From Scyliorhinus canicula (taxonomy: Eukaryota): a stretch of DNA of 64,000 nucleotides. Below the pieces are notes generated by a model. That model saw nothing but the letters and a program-made list of their open reading frames with translations. It was not told where the DNA came from and searched no databases. Numbering within the stretch: the stretch's first letter is position 1; each line of letters starts with the position of its first letter. This document shows, in pieces, positions 1-12,705 of this stretch. The stretch spans positions 133,386,653 through 133,450,652 of the forward strand of contig NC_052162.1 of assembly GCF_902713615.1 (NCBI RefSeq). The letters run 5' to 3'. A program made the position numbers and the translations under genes.

Positions 1-724
1 GCTATTGCGTTGTAATGCTAACTGGCGTCCAGTTTTGCACTTGATCTGCTTTTCTGTCGCATTGACATCACAGGAGAAGAAAACCGGGCCGAGCGTAAAA
101 CAAACTAATTTAATCGCTATGTCTCCGAAACATTCGTCCAGCTACTGCATTACTGGAGTAGTGATACAGCCACTTCATTTATCTTCCCTGTGCGGTTGGG
201 GGTACACTTACTGTGTTCTTCAATAGCTATTTTACAGAGCCATTGCTGAGGTTGAGCAAAGCATATTACAGACGAATCATAGATATTTGGTGGGAATCAT
301 GTAATGTCCAGTGAAGGGGAGATTGCGGTTATGTTCCTGGATTAATGATCAAGAGACACGAGTTCAAAACGCAGAATTTAATTTAAATTCAGATAACAAA
401 TACATGTAGAATTAACTGATATTATCATTGACGATGATTATGAAACTACCAGTGACAGCAGAAAGTTTACCTGGTTCCATGACTCCTTTATTGAAGAACA
501 TCAACACTGGCGGATATATAATTCCAGATTCACAGCGAACATTAACAGTTCTCTCAAATGTCTCATGAAACCACTCAGTCGGTAAGTCGTGGCTCACCAA
601 TAGCCTTTCAATGGTTGGAATCGATAGACAATAAATGCAATAAATGATGGTGCTTCTAAGACGCCAAATCAATTGAATGAATAACTTAAAATGATCTGAC
701 TTTTTAAAAGTATATATTTTTAAA

Positions 725-1245
725 GGATGCGGCCGTCGCTGGCGAGGCCAGCAATTGTTTCCCCTGCTTAATTGCTCTTCAGAAGGTGGTGGTGGTGATC
801 TGCCGTCTTGAGCACTGCAGTCCATGTAGAGTAGACGCACCGACTGTGCTATGAAGAAGGGTGCTCCACGATTTTTACCCAGCGACAGTGAAGGGACGGG
901 AATATATGTCCAAGTCAGGATGGTGAGTGAATTGTGGGAGAATCTCCCGGTGGTCGTACCTGCTGTTTTTCTCCTTCTTGGTGGTAGCAGTCCTGGGTTT
1001 CGAAGGTGTTGATAAGGGAATGTTACTGAGGTCCTGCAATGAATCTTGTAAATTGTAAACACTGCTGCTACCATGCATCGGTTGTGGAGGGAATTAATGT
1101 TTGTAGAAAGGGTGTCAATCAAGTGGACTGATTTATCCTGGATGGTTTTGAGCTTTTTGAGCATTATTGGAGCTGCACTGATCTAAGCAAGTATTCCATT
1201 CCATCTTTAGCTTGTGCCTTGTAGATAGTGGACAGGCTTTGGGGG
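725..1245 (-). mobile_element. LINE (CR1/L2 group) RT C-terminal / 3' remnant
   Basis: Minus-strand translation LSTIYKAQ...LKKLKTIQDKSVHLIDT..NSLHNRCMVAAVFTIYKIHC resembles the C-terminus of a shark LINE ORF2; related pieces at about 13700-13925, 20625-21005, 41440-41600 and 58440-58830. Confidence 0.7.
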
Positions 1246-1931
1246 TCGGCGGGGGGGGGGGGGGGGGAGACATGGAGGTTACGGTCAAAGGGTAAGTTAA
1301 TCACCGTAGGATTGCGAGCATTTAACCTGCGTACATCAACATAAGTGGTAGAGGTAGAGTACAGCACGCAGCAGGTCGCGCCTGTTCTGCATTCAATAAA
1401 CTCGTGACTGATATTCGGATTAAAATCCATTTTGCCCGCACCATATATAACTTGATTCTCTCAGACAGCAATAAGCTGTTCATCTAAGCTTTGAATATTG
1501 AATATATATTTAACAATAAAGAGATCCAGAACCATCTTGGCAGAGAATTCTAAAACAACACATCCATTTTTGTGAATACATTCGTGCTCGTCTCAGTCCG
1601 AAATAACCTTTCCTTTATCCTGAAATGGTTTGCCATGAATGCAGAATCTTCGGGCACGCCCTCTCTCATAGATTCTGTCACGCCCTTTGAGAATGTTGTT
1701 TGTTTCAACGAGATGGCCTCATCGACATTTCAGACAATATAAACCCAATTTGTTTCGCCTCCGTCATAGAACAAAGAACATCATTTCTCATCAGAATGGA
1801 AACTAGCTTCCAAGCCAGCGGTTTCTGAGACGCACATCATTCGATGTTTCTTCAGTTGTATTAAACTCACACATCCGATTTGTTTAGAATATTTCCTAAT
1901 ATAATTGTTTAAAACAGAATTTGCAGTGCAT

Positions 1932-2243
1932 TTACAGCTATTTGGCCCATCGAGTCTGCACCGGCTCTTGGCAAGAGCAACCTACGCCTTTACCCGATCC
2001 CCATAACCCAGTAACCCCACCTAACCTTTTTGGACACTAAGGGGCAATTTAGGAAACAAGACCAATCCACCTAACCTGCACATCTTTGGACTGTGGGAGG
2101 AAACCGGAGCACCCGAAGGAAACTCACGCAGACACGGGTAGAACGTGTAAACTCCACAAAGGGAGTCACCCGAGGCCGGAATTGAACCTGGGACCCTGGA
2201 GCTGTGATGCAGCCGTGCTAAAATTTGCGCTACCGTGCCTCCC
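1932..2243 (-). mobile_element. tRNA-derived V-SINE (HE1-like)
   Basis: Reverse complement of the V-domain core (GGGTTTCCTTCGGGTGCTCCGGTTTCCTCCCACAGTCCAAAGA) with a CR1-like tail. Confidence 0.85.
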
Positions 2244-2781
2244 TTGTGTCACCGTGTCGCCCTCGTCTCATCATACACTTAAAAAATACAAATGTAACTA
2301 ATATGACACCTGTGTTAACAGGCTTTTCCCGTTTACCTGATACATGATCCAAAATTGGAATGCCAAATATTGAACGTGACCTTCAGATCTTTAACCATTT
2401 GGTCCTTCGCTATGAAATGACCGCCTTCAATCGCATTTACTTTGTTCCTCAATCTGCTTCTTCAGTGCTTTCCTTAAACTTACCTAATTGTCTAGTTATT
2501 CGACATCTGGCACAATGTCCTCTCATGTTGCGAGGTGTCACATTTTGATGTATCAATCTTCTCTGAAGCGACTTGAGACACCTTTTGCTTTAAAGATGCT
2601 GCATAAATTTCGGATGCCCTTGCACCGTTTTTTGAAACAGAATTGACATTAGAAATCCAAGAATAACTGTGTTAGGTGTCCTCCATAACGAAGATGAACT
2701 GGAAAAAGTCACAATTGTGTCTTGTGCATGATTGGAATATGTTTAGTAACTTTATAATTTTAATCTTCTTGTATCTCTCAG

Positions 2782-3689
2782 TTAACTTGGTGGCGATTGT
2801 GGTCCTCTCCAGGGGAAGATGTGGTCTCTCCAAATGCATCACTTGGTATCTGGTGTCTATGGCAGTGACTGATCTCTTAGTCGTTGTCACTGCTGTCATA
2901 TTCAATCGGATTATTGGCATCTATTTTCCAGTTAGCTTTATGTCATTGACTCCGGCATGCACTCTGAGCACCGTGATAATCTATGCGGCCACCGAGAGTT
3001 CTGTCTGGTTAACCGTCGCTTTCACCTTTGATCGTTATATCGCCATTTGCTCCCAGAAACTGAAGACAAACTATTGCACCGAGAAAACAGCAGCTGTGGT
3101 GATAGGAACCGTTTGTTTGTTGAGCTGTTTCAAAAGCATTCCCTGGTACTTTATGTATGAACCACTCTATATAATGAACAATGTGCCGTGGTTTTGTAAC
3201 ATAAAATCAAGCTTTTACACCTCACTTGCATGGACAGCCTATGATTGGTTTGCACGTGTGTTAAATCCAGGTCTGCCCTTCCTCCTGATTTTGCTATTCA
3301 ATGCTTTGACCGTCAGGCACATTCTGGCAGCCAGTAGATCCCGCCGGAGACTCCGGGCTAACAGCAGTGGAGGGAATCAGAGTGATCCAGAGATGCTGAA
3401 CAGGAGGAAGTCTATTGTCTTACTCTTCGCCATCTCCGGAAGCTTCGTTCTGTTGTGGATGACGTATGTTGTCGATTTCCTGTACGTGAAAATTACAAAT
3501 GAATCTTATTTCGGAGGATCCAATTTCAATGACCCCAGATTCATTCGCCAAGAAAGTGGAAACATGCTTCAGCTGCTGAGCTGTTGCACCAACACGTGCA
3601 TTTATGCAGTGACGCAGAGAAAATTCAGAGAAGAGTTGAGGAATGCGGCAAAATATCTTGGGAATCTCATAGTAAACGTAGTCAAGTAG
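2782..3689 (+). CDS. GPR139/GPR142-like class A GPCR, main (second) coding exon
   Basis: Open frame to TAG at 3687-3689 with VNLVAIVVLSRG (TM1), TFDRYIAIC (TM3), PFLLILLFN (TM5) and NTCIYAVTQRKFREEL (TM7/helix 8). Splice acceptor tatctctcag ends at 2781 (phase 1), so the ORF-track N-terminus from 2676 is probably intronic. Exon 1 was not found in the window. Confidence 0.85.
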
Positions 3690-3982
3690 CAAATACAAAG
3701 GGTTTGGTTTAGATTATAAATCAAAATATACCTTGCAGTTCCAGAATGTTTGCTCTTGACATATGGGGTGAAATTGATCTTCGGCAGCCATTAGGAACCT
3801 GCCACCAGTTTTCCCTTCTCTCCACTAACTTGCCAAGTGACGAAAATTGAACTAGGTGTAGAGTAGACAGCTGGGTCCTAATCACCAAGTTTGTGTTGCC
3901 AGTACTTTCAATTCTGTCTCAACCCTTCTTCAGAGATGTTCCCTTTGGAAAATAAGAAATTAGAGATTCTGGTTTGCCATTT

Positions 3983-4317
3983 GGGGCAGCACGGTAGCAT
4001 GGTGGTTAGCATAAATGCTTCACAGCTCCAGGGTCCCAGGTTCGGTTCCCGGCTGGGTCACTGTCTGTGCGGAGTCTGCACGTCCTCCCCGTGTGTGCGT
4101 GGGTTTCCTCCAGGTGCTCCAGTTTCCTCCCACAGTCCAAAGATGTGCGGGTTAGGTGGATTGGCCATGCTAAATTGCCCGTAGTGTGCTAAAAAGTAAG
4201 GTTAAGGGGGGGGGGGTGTTGGGTTGCGGGTATAGGGTGGATACGTGGGTTTGAGTAGGGTGATCATTGCTCGGCACAACATCGAGGCCGAAGGGCCTGT
4301 ACTGTTCTATGTTCTAT
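3983..4317 (+). mobile_element. Full-length V-SINE (HE1-like)
   Basis: GGGGCAGCACGGTAGCATGGTGGTTAGC head with A/B boxes, V-domain core, (TTCTATG) tail. Confidence 0.9.
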
Positions 4318-4859
4318 TTAGTGCGAACGGGACTGAACTTCCAGATGAAAGCCATGATTCTGCTCTGTCCCTTTTTTCTTGAAATCACACAGTGCCTCAA
4401 AATCTATCAATATCAACCTCGAATATGTTGAATAATGGTACAACGACAACCAAATGACATCGAGAAATCCAAATTTGTAACTGTGTGAATTCAGCTATTT
4501 TTCATAATTAAAGCCTCAATCCCTTCTCCAGAAAATCGAATCCTTACTTTAACACTATTTAGGTGGAGAAACAGCTTCTCAATAAAAGTGCTGTTAGGTT
4601 CCAAGAAATTTAATAACATTTCAATGAGATCGTTTCCCATGCTTTGAATCTAGAGCTATCTACTCATTCCAGGGAATCTTCAGACGGTCTCTCACCAGGC
4701 TTTCTCCTCCGGTACAAAAATATAGTATTAGTGTCCTGGTAGATTTTCATTCATTAGAGGTTATAAGCGAAAAATTAAAATAAATAAGTAGAATATATTG
4801 TTTGACGATTTACTCTTAATGAATCATTGAACTAGTTTAAGCGAAGGTGCTGATACCTT

Positions 4860-5058
4860 GGAGAAATCATTTCGCACATCAATTAATTCCACACGCCTGT
4901 ATGCTTCAACTGATGCCTTTGTCTATGTATTTACATTGTGTACCTTGTGTTGCCTTGTTGCATATTTTCTTTTCATGTACTCAACTATTTGTTTGAGCTG
5001 CACGCAGAAAAATACTCTGTTCCTCTGTACACGGAGCAATAAACAAATCCAATCCAAT
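4860..5058 (+). mobile_element. LINE 3' tail, possibly Rex1/Babar-like
   Basis: T-rich 3' UTR-like text ending AATAAACAAATCCAATCCAAT; family assignment is by resemblance only. Confidence 0.35.
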
Positions 5059-5194
5059 GCCTACATGAAGAAACGGACCACGTTAAACCCCTCAGGATCT
5101 TCAACATTTAAGTCAACTTGCTTCTTACTCTTCTAAACTCTCACACACATTCTGTCCATAACCCACATCTGATTGTGTTCAGATTTCATTCACA

Positions 5195-5285
5195 AAATAC
5201 TGGACATTCTCAGCAGGCCTGACAGCGTCTCTATAGAGAGAAGGGAGCTAACGTTTCGAGTCTGGATGACTCTGTGTCAAAACTT
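5195..5285 (-). mobile_element. Penelope-like terminal repeat fragment
   Basis: Matches the unit seen at 35952-36139, 46700-46790 and 49990-50082 (CTCAGCAGG.CTG.CAGC.TCT.T.GAGAGA...CGTTTCGAGTC). Confidence 0.6.
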
Positions 5286-5499
5286 TGAGCAACAACGTTA
5301 GCAGCATCGGCAAATTTGGAAATTTCAATCAATACATAACATGGAATTTGAATAATACAAAACAGTAGTCCTAGTACTGAACTTTAGGGAACATTGTTTA
5401 CCACCAAAAACAAGGTTACCTTGAGTTTTGTCCCTCAGGCAAACGGGGGAGAAAATGAAATTGTCCAAATTGCTGGTGTGAACTGAAAATCAGAATAAC

Positions 5500-6270
5500 T
5501 TGGGAGAGGCTGCAGACTACACGATACCAAGGAAGAAGGTTATCTCGGATTGCAACGGGACCTTGATCCATTGGCTGGTGGGCCGATGAATGACACATGG
5601 TGTTTAGGAGTACAGGTTCATAGCTCCTTAAAAGTGGTGTCACGGAGGTCAGGGTGTTGAAGAAGGCACGATTGGTTTCATTGCTCAGAACATTGAATTC
5701 AGGAGTTGGGACATCTTGTTGAAATTTTCAAGACATTAGTGAGGCCACACTTGGGAATACCGTGTACAGTTCGGGTCAGTCTATTATAGAAAGGACATTA
5801 TTAACTGATTTAGCACAGTGAGCTAAGTAGCTGGCTTGGAATGTAGAACAAGGAGGGTTCAATTCCCGTGCCAGCCTCCCCGAACTGGTGCCGGAAAGTG
5901 GTGATGAGGGGCTTCTCACAGGAACTTTATTGATGCCTACCTGCGACAATAAGTGATTATTATTATTATTGCCGAGAAAGTGCAGAAAAGATTTACTAGG
6001 ATGCTACCGGGACTTGATGGTTTGAGTTATAAGTAGAGGCTGGATAAAGTGGGACTTTTTTCCCTGGAGCGTCGATGGCTTTGGGATGATCTCAAAGAGG
6101 TCTGTAAAATAATGAGTGGCATAGACAAGGTAGAGAGGCAATATCTTTCCCCAAAGGTACGGGAGTCTAAAACTAGAGATCATAGGTTTCATGTGTGAGG
6201 GAAGAGATACAAAAGGGGCACTTTTTCACACACAGCGTGGTAAAAGTCTGCAACGAGCTTCCACAGGCGG
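5500..6270 (+). mobile_element. CR1 LINE 3' part, split by a SINE at 5806-5970
   Basis: Degenerate RT C-terminus (..LVRPHLEY..VQ..SP....KD....EKVQKRFTRMLPGL..LSY..RL..GLFSLE) continues on both sides of the SINE. Confidence 0.8.
5806..5970 (+). mobile_element. Short tRNA-derived SINE, second family
   Basis: TTAGCACAGTGAGCTAAGTAGCTGGC head, GGTTCAATTCC B box, tail GCCTACCTGCGACAATAAGTGATTATTATT. Confidence 0.8.
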
Positions 6271-6284
6271 GTACAAATTGGTCT

Positions 6285-6547
6285 GGCAGAATGGTAGCAT
6301 AGTGGTTATCACTGTTGCTTCACAGCGCCAGGGACCCAGTTTCGATTCTCTCTTAGATCACTGTCTGTGCGGAATCTCCACATTATCCACGTGACAGGGT
6401 CGATTTCCTCCGGGTGCTCCGGTTACCTTCCACATGTCCCGAAAGACGTGCTTGTTAGGTGAATTGGACATTCTGAAATCTCCATCAGTGCAACTGAACG
6501 GGCGCTGGAGTGTGGCGACTGGGGTATTTTCAAAGTAACTTCATTCT
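6285..6547 (+). mobile_element. Hybrid SINE: V-SINE head with the second-family tail
   Basis: V-domain core followed by CCCGAAAGACGTGCTTGTTAGG...GTGTGGCGACTGGGG...AGTAACTTCATT; same structure at 13928-14225 and 61685-61925. Confidence 0.75.
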
Positions 6548-6551
6548 TGTG

Positions 6552-7148
6552 TATCATGTGAGTGTACCTTTAAGAAATGGGTGTTTAGGAAATGTGCCTT
6601 TAAGAAATGGGCGTTTATCAGTGATGTCAGAATATGGGTGGAGCTGGGCTGTCTGTCAGCTTTTTACTTTCGTTTTAGGCTGTTTACTGCAGGGTGTGTT
6701 TTAGTTTCGTTTTCAGAGCTGGATCGCTGCAGTCACAGCCAGAAGGTGTATGAGTCTCTCTCTCTCTGTAATTTAAAGACTCTAAATCGATCCTTTGGTG
6801 ATTTAAAACTAATAACTGCTCTCAGTAGTGACTTCAACCTGATGTGCTTCTGTTTAATAGTTTTTCTAAAAGTCTTATGGATGCTAAAAGGACTGAATAA
6901 GGATTACTTAGTTTTGTAATCTCTTGGGTTATATTTGAATTGATGGTTGCTAAGATGTTACTGTATTTTAAAAAAAGGTTAACTTGAGTTGATAGAATAA
7001 ACATTGTTTTGCTTTAAAAAATACTTTTCAATTTCTGCTGTACCTGTAGAGTGGGCCGTGTGCTCCCCACACCACAATCTATTAAAAGTTGTGGGTCAGG
7101 TGAACTCCATGATACACTTTGGGGTTCTGTAAACCATGGCCCATAGCA
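6552..7148 (+). mobile_element. Solo LTR (Gypsy-like)
   Basis: About 600 bp from TATCATGTG to CCATAGCA, internal AATAAA, imperfect 4-bp flanks TGTG/AGTG; a related element is inverted at 28894-29460. Confidence 0.6.
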
Positions 7149-7385
7149 AGTGTTAATATAAGCCCTGTGATAACAATAACGTTTATTATTATTGGTAAGA
7201 TGGATATAAAGGGATATGGGATGGGCCGAATGCAGGTAATTGGGACTAGCTTAGTTTTAAAAACTGGATGGCATGGGCACGGTGGGCCGAAGGGCCTGGT
7301 TCCATGCTGTAAACACCTATGGCTCTATCTACGTCCTGGACATGAATTACATGTTAGCATTATGCTGTATTAGCAAAGAATCACC

Positions 7386-7992
7386 ACAGGGATCCTCTCT
7401 CCCTGCTCCATTCCCTCTGATACCATCCCCCTGAACTCAGTGAACATCACCCCAGGGATCCTCTCTCTCTGCTGCATTCCCTCTGATACAATTCACCTGA
7501 ACTCACTGAACATCACTCCAGGGATCCTCTCTCCCGGCTCCATTCCCTCTGATACCATCCCCCTGCACTCACTGAGCATCATCCCAGGGATCCTCTCCCA
7601 CTGCTCCATTCCCTATGATACCATCCCCCTGCACTCACTGCATATCACCCCAGGGATCCTCTCTCCCTGCTCCATTCCCTCCGATACCATCCCCCTGCAC
7701 TCACTGCATATCACCCCAGGGATCCTCTCTCCCTGCTCCATTCCCTCCGATACCATCCCCCTGCACTCACTGCATATCACCCCAGGGATCCTCTCCCACT
7801 GCTCCATTCCCTCCGATACCATCCCCCTGCACTCACTGCATATCACTCCAGGGATCCTCTCCCACTGCTCCATTCCCTCTGATACAATTCCCTTGAACTC
7901 ACTGAGCATCACCCGAGATATCCTCCCTCCTTGCTCCATGCCTCTGAAACCTCGAACCCACACAGTGAGCATCACCCCAGGGATTCCCTCTG
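7386..7992. repeat. 63-bp minisatellite, about 9.5 copies
   Basis: Unit CAGGGATCCTCTCTCCCTGCTCCATTCCCTCYGATACCATCCCCCTGCACTCACTGCATATCACCC; produces 21-aa periodic ORFs on both strands. Confidence 0.95.
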
Positions 7993-8382
7993 TGACAATA
8001 TGTACAGGAAGATGTGAAATCGAGGTCGTCAGTGTTCGAAGCATATTCACAATATTACCAACAACGAAAAGAAAGAAAGACAATCGTTGAGTGTAATGAC
8101 ACTGATTTATTCACTCAGTATCCGAATCGTGGATTTCTGCTTTCCCGGTTGGTCAATCGTCCAATAAACAGTTCTAAGAGCATGCAGGGCGAGGAAATGT
8201 CCCTGTTTAAACTATAGAACAGATTGTAATTGTTACCATTCTTAGAGAGTGTCCCATCATCCTATCTCTTATTTCAATCCCGAAGCACGCAAACCCGCAT
8301 TTGAAATGCCCACGATGTGACTTGTCCTCATCTTTTCCCTGATCATTGCAATTGTGATCTCAATCATAAGTGAAAGGGAAGG

Positions 8383-8590
8383 ACAGCACGGTAGCGCAGT
8401 GGGTTAGCCCTGCTGCCTCGCGGCGCCTGAGGTCCAAGGTTCGATCCTGTCCGTGTGGGAGTTTGCACATTCTCCTCGTGTTTGCGTGGGTTTCGTCCCC
8501 ACAAGCCAAAAATGTGCAGCGTGGATGAATTGGCCACACTAAATTGCCCCTTAATTGGAAAAAAAATGAATTGGGTACACTAAATTTATA
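8383..8590 (+). mobile_element. V-SINE (short-tail subfamily)
   Basis: CAGCACGGTAGCGCAGTGGGTTAGC head, B box GGTTCGATCC, V-domain, A-rich end. Confidence 0.85.
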
Positions 8591-8924
8591 AACAAAAACA
8601 AATGTTTTAAAAATGTGTGGAAGCAACGGGAAAATGTCAGCATAGTGATGACATGAGTTCAGCAAACCATAGACAGATCCTGCAAATGGACGATACCTTG
8701 CCAACCACCATTAGTAATAATATGAGATAATAGTGTGAAACTAGAACAACTTCAAATTGAGCACTGTGCTATGTTATATGTTGCTTTTAACTCGCCTTCG
8801 CCTTGGTTCCATTTGTCCACCATCAGACAACAGCATAAAATATCAGAGCAATACCTTAACATGTGTAGTAAGTTACTATAATTTCCAGGTCCACTTTCTC
8901 CCCGCCACGTTAGGCGGCGTTGTC

Positions 8925-9130
8925 GGGAGCCGGATTAGTTCAGTTGGTTGGACGGCTGGTTCGTGATGCACAACTTTGCGGCTTCAATTCTAGACCCGCT
9001 CAGGTTATCCATTATAATCGCCTTCTCGGCTTTTCCCGTCACATGAGGGGTGGTGACCTTCAGATTAAATCGTCACCAGTCAACTCTCCCCCTCAAAGGA
9101 TCCTATGGTCATATGGGTCAATGGCCACCT
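8925..9130 (+). mobile_element. Older tRNA-derived SINE, third family
   Basis: TTAGTTCAGTTGGTTGGACGGCTGG head and ..GGTGACCTTCAGATTAAATC..CCAGTC; related copies at about 49290-49400 and 61470-61590. Confidence 0.6.
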
Positions 9131-10612
9131 TACTTATTGAAATTTCCTCTGAGTTGATGATATGAATTTTGGTTTTTCATAATTTGTCCTATTAATCAAC
9201 AGGATAAACTTTACATTTGTCGCGTCCAAGCTACATTTGAACCACGTGATGCATTGCGTGCTCAACAAACTTTACAAGGTTTGACTACTGCCTTGAAGAT
9301 AATGGGCTGACGGCAGTTTCAGATTCATTCGAGTTCATTTATTATTCTCCTAATACGTAGACTGGAACATCAAATGTTTGATGGCTGCTCTGTGTGGGTG
9401 GGTTCAGACAGTTAGTTAACTAGATGGACCAAAATATGCAAAAATGATATGATTTTAACTAGGAATCGATATACATCTATGAATATACAGATATATATGC
9501 ATCAATAGATAGAAAGGGAGATACCAAACAACCAGTTAGGTGCATTGGCCATGCTAAATTGGCCCATCGTGTCCAAAGTTTGGGTGGGGTTACAGGGTTG
9601 GGTCGAGGAGTGGGCCTAGTTAGTGTGCTCTTTCAAAGAGTCGGTACAGAGTCGATGGGCAGAATGGCCTTATTCTGCACTGTAGGGCTTCTTTGTCTGC
9701 CGATGGACACAAAGATAACAAAAACACGAATGATATACAAGGAGAAAGATATAAATAAACAAACAGACAGATAACAAAGGGGAACTAGATGCGTACTGAG
9801 AAATCATAGATAAATGTAAAAAGTTTCATGGACTTAAAAGATTTGTTCATGAATGCACATCCCACAAGATGGAGATCATTTAATTTGTACGTTTACCGGT
9901 CGCTGAAAATTCTGTTCTGAATCAACCGGGTCACATACACAATTTGAATAAAAATGTGAGTAAAATATAAAAATGTGTTACCCAATGTGAGTTCGGAATC
10001 CTTTAAGATTCAGTTCACAGATGAACCTCTTATCTGCTGTTCATCTTTTTTGTGTTCAGGTTTGGTCAAGTGATTTTCTCAAACAATGGATCTCCGGTAG
10101 ATATGCCTATTCCAAGGTGCTAGCTCGCCGAATTGTAAACACCAGCTAGGAAAATAAATCCCGCAAATAGGCAGACATGATTAAATTTTGAAGTATTGAA
10201 AATGCCGTTATCTGTATCTTAGCGAGCGAGATAACTGACTAACTGACCTTTCTGTCTCTCGAATTAAAGGTACAGACTGACTGGAGTGCCTCAATTCCGA
10301 CCTGCTCAGAGATTAATCTGTGAACTCACTGTTGTCTCTCCGTCCAACTCAGCGAGTTTTTGAAACAGGGACTGATATATATAATAGTGAAATTCTGTTC
10401 AAATTCATCCTAGCGTTGCTGGGCAGAAGAGGGCGGCCGAGAACATTAATAGAATCTCCTTCATCCCCGGAGTTCACTCCACGTTCTAACTTTCTACCTT
10501 CCCATTATTACTCCATCCTGCTCTCATCGCTGCTCTCCACACTCAGTTCCTCTTCCAATCACCATTCACTGCTCTACTGTTCGCTCTCTGTGCAAACGTC
10601 TCCATCACCTTT

Positions 10613-10906
10613 TCCGATCGCTGCACTTTACAAACCTGCACAATTTACTGATTCCTCTCACTTGCTCTGGTTTCCGTGGGTTTCCTCCGGGTGCTCCGGT
10701 TTCCTCCCACAGTCCAAAGATGTGCGGGTTAGGTGGATTGGCCATGCTAAATTGCCCGTAGTGTCCTAATAAAAGTAAGGTTAGGGGGGGGGGGTGTTGG
10801 GTTACGGGTATAGGGTGGATACGTGGGTTTGAGTAGGGTGATCATGGCTCGGCACAACATTGAGGGCCGAAGGGCCTGTTCTGTGCTGTACTGTTCTATG
10901 TTCTAT
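10613..10906 (+). mobile_element. 5'-truncated V-SINE
   Basis: Starts in the V-domain; near-identical to 4090-4317. Confidence 0.85.
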
Positions 10907-11114
10907 GCTCTCTGTGGAGGCTTTCAAAGTCTTTACTTAACAGCTTTCATTGTCTGCTCAATATTTCATGTCTCGACTCACCCATCGTTTTTCTATATTT
11001 GTCCGTCGCTAATCCACCACCACTCCTCCATTGTTCCCCAATGGGTAAAAATGTACGTGAAGGCACACGAACATAAACAACTCCCAACTCTCACTCTCAC
11101 ACTCTGTTTCTTTC

Positions 11115-11147
<33 letters not shown>

Positions 11148-11324
11148 CACTTATCATGACTTTTGTCTTCGTTCAACCTGCTGCTTCAAGAACTGTACCT
11201 ACAATTTGCTCCGCCAAATGTGGCCGAACCCTCGGCTCCACGCACAGAAGTACTCTTCCTGCATTTATCCGTCTCTCTACCTCGCTTTCCTTCTTTAAAA
11301 CAGTTTTAAAAACCGATCTGTTTT

Positions 11325-11525
11325 TTAAAATAAATTTAGAGTACCCTATTTTGAAATAAGTGGCAATTTAGCATTGCCAATCCACCGAACCTGCACATCT
11401 TTGGATTGTGGGGACAGACCCGAGGAGAATGCACAAACTCCACACAAACAGTGACCCAGGGCCGGGACTCGAACCCGGACCCTCAGCTCTGTATCCCAGT
11501 GCTAACCACTGCGCCACGTGCCGCC
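11325..11525 (-). mobile_element. V-SINE
   Basis: Reverse V-SINE ending GCTAACCACTGCGCCACGTGCCG. Confidence 0.8.
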
Positions 11526-12514
11526 TTGATATCTTCATCAAGATTTTGGTCACTTGACCTTGTATCTCCTTAGGTGCCGTGTTGCTATTCTTTATTCTAG
11601 CATGTTCTCGCGGAGCACCATGGGCCATTTATTTACGTTAATGGCGCTACGTGAATGCAAGTTGTTCATGTTGTTGTCTTTGTTCCTACTATGCAGGGTC
11701 GCCCTGAGTGGTAAATACAAGACTAAAGGGCGTTATTTCATGGATTCCTCGTTCCAAAAAAAACAGCTATTGGCAGCAGTGACCTTTCCTCGTCACCGAG
11801 CTGAATTCGGTGCAGTTTCTCTGCTGGTCAGCGTTTAGACTATTCGAGTTCCTGCCGACTTTCACAATGGAAGGCATTCCTGATGTGGTTTCATATCAAC
11901 TTTTTTAATGGACTTCTGTTTCAACCAGCCCAGACAGAGGATTCTTCGCATTTCACTGTTTGGAATTGGTTTGAGCAGTCGGTCAGCTACTGGATTTTAA
12001 CTATCTGGGGGCAGAGAACTAATACATTATGAAGGTAAGATAAAGCTCTCCCCCGTCTTCTGCGACCTGGTTGTGCAATGGGCCCATCCTGCATGATATC
12101 AGCTGTCAGTTTACTTTGAGTTTTGCATGCGCTGTGCATTTCCACAGTGCAAATACAAACTGCAAACAAGTATTGCACGTCCATGGAAAACAAATATCAA
12201 TATTCAAAGCAAGTTACTTACCGCGGAGCATTTTGTCCTACCTTTGTTCTGTGGAATCCTAAAGGTAAGAATAATCTCTCTGCATTTCTCCGCTCATATT
12301 CTATCCACTAATCTCTCTTGTAATCTATATTTTTCTGCCAAACTACGGTCTGCACCTGTCCCCGTTTCACTAGTTTCCTCCATGCCTCCGCCCCCCCCCC
12401 CCACCCCGCAATTATTTATTGGCATTTATCTATCTCAAATCTAATAATTCACGATTGCTCTCACTTTTTTATTCTGTCTCTCTATATAAATCTATTACAT
12501 TAAAAAAAACATTT

Positions 12515-12705
12515 TAAATCAGAGTACCCAATTGTATATATATATTTCCAATTTCGCGTGCCCAATCCATCTAACCTGCACATCTTTGGGTTGTGGGGGT
12601 GAAACCCACGCACACATGGGGAAAACGTTCAAACTCGACAGGGATGGTGACTCAGGGCCGGGATCCTCAGTACCGCAGTCCTAGTTCCAACCACTGCGCC
12701 GTCCC
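12515..12705 (-). mobile_element. V-SINE
   Basis: Reverse V-domain and head sequence. Confidence 0.75.

Noticed and set aside
2676-2781. ORF-track N-terminus of the GPR139-like protein
   Set aside because: It is a pyrimidine-rich tract ending in CAG at the position where this family has an intron; read-through is probably coincidental.
7440-8090. 216-aa and 156-aa periodic ORFs as genes
   Set aside because: They are translations of the 63-bp minisatellite, with no domain or gene structure.
10405-10464. Signal-peptide-like mini ORF MKEILLMFSAALFCPATLG on the minus strand
   Set aside because: It ends in a stop rather than a GT donor, and no matching downstream exon was found.
12095-12170. 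J-like segment (KLTA) with CACAGTG-12-GCAAACAAG
   Set aside because: No FGxG motif, poor nonamer, no splice donor, and the features are not kept in the paralogous patch at 21.8 kb.
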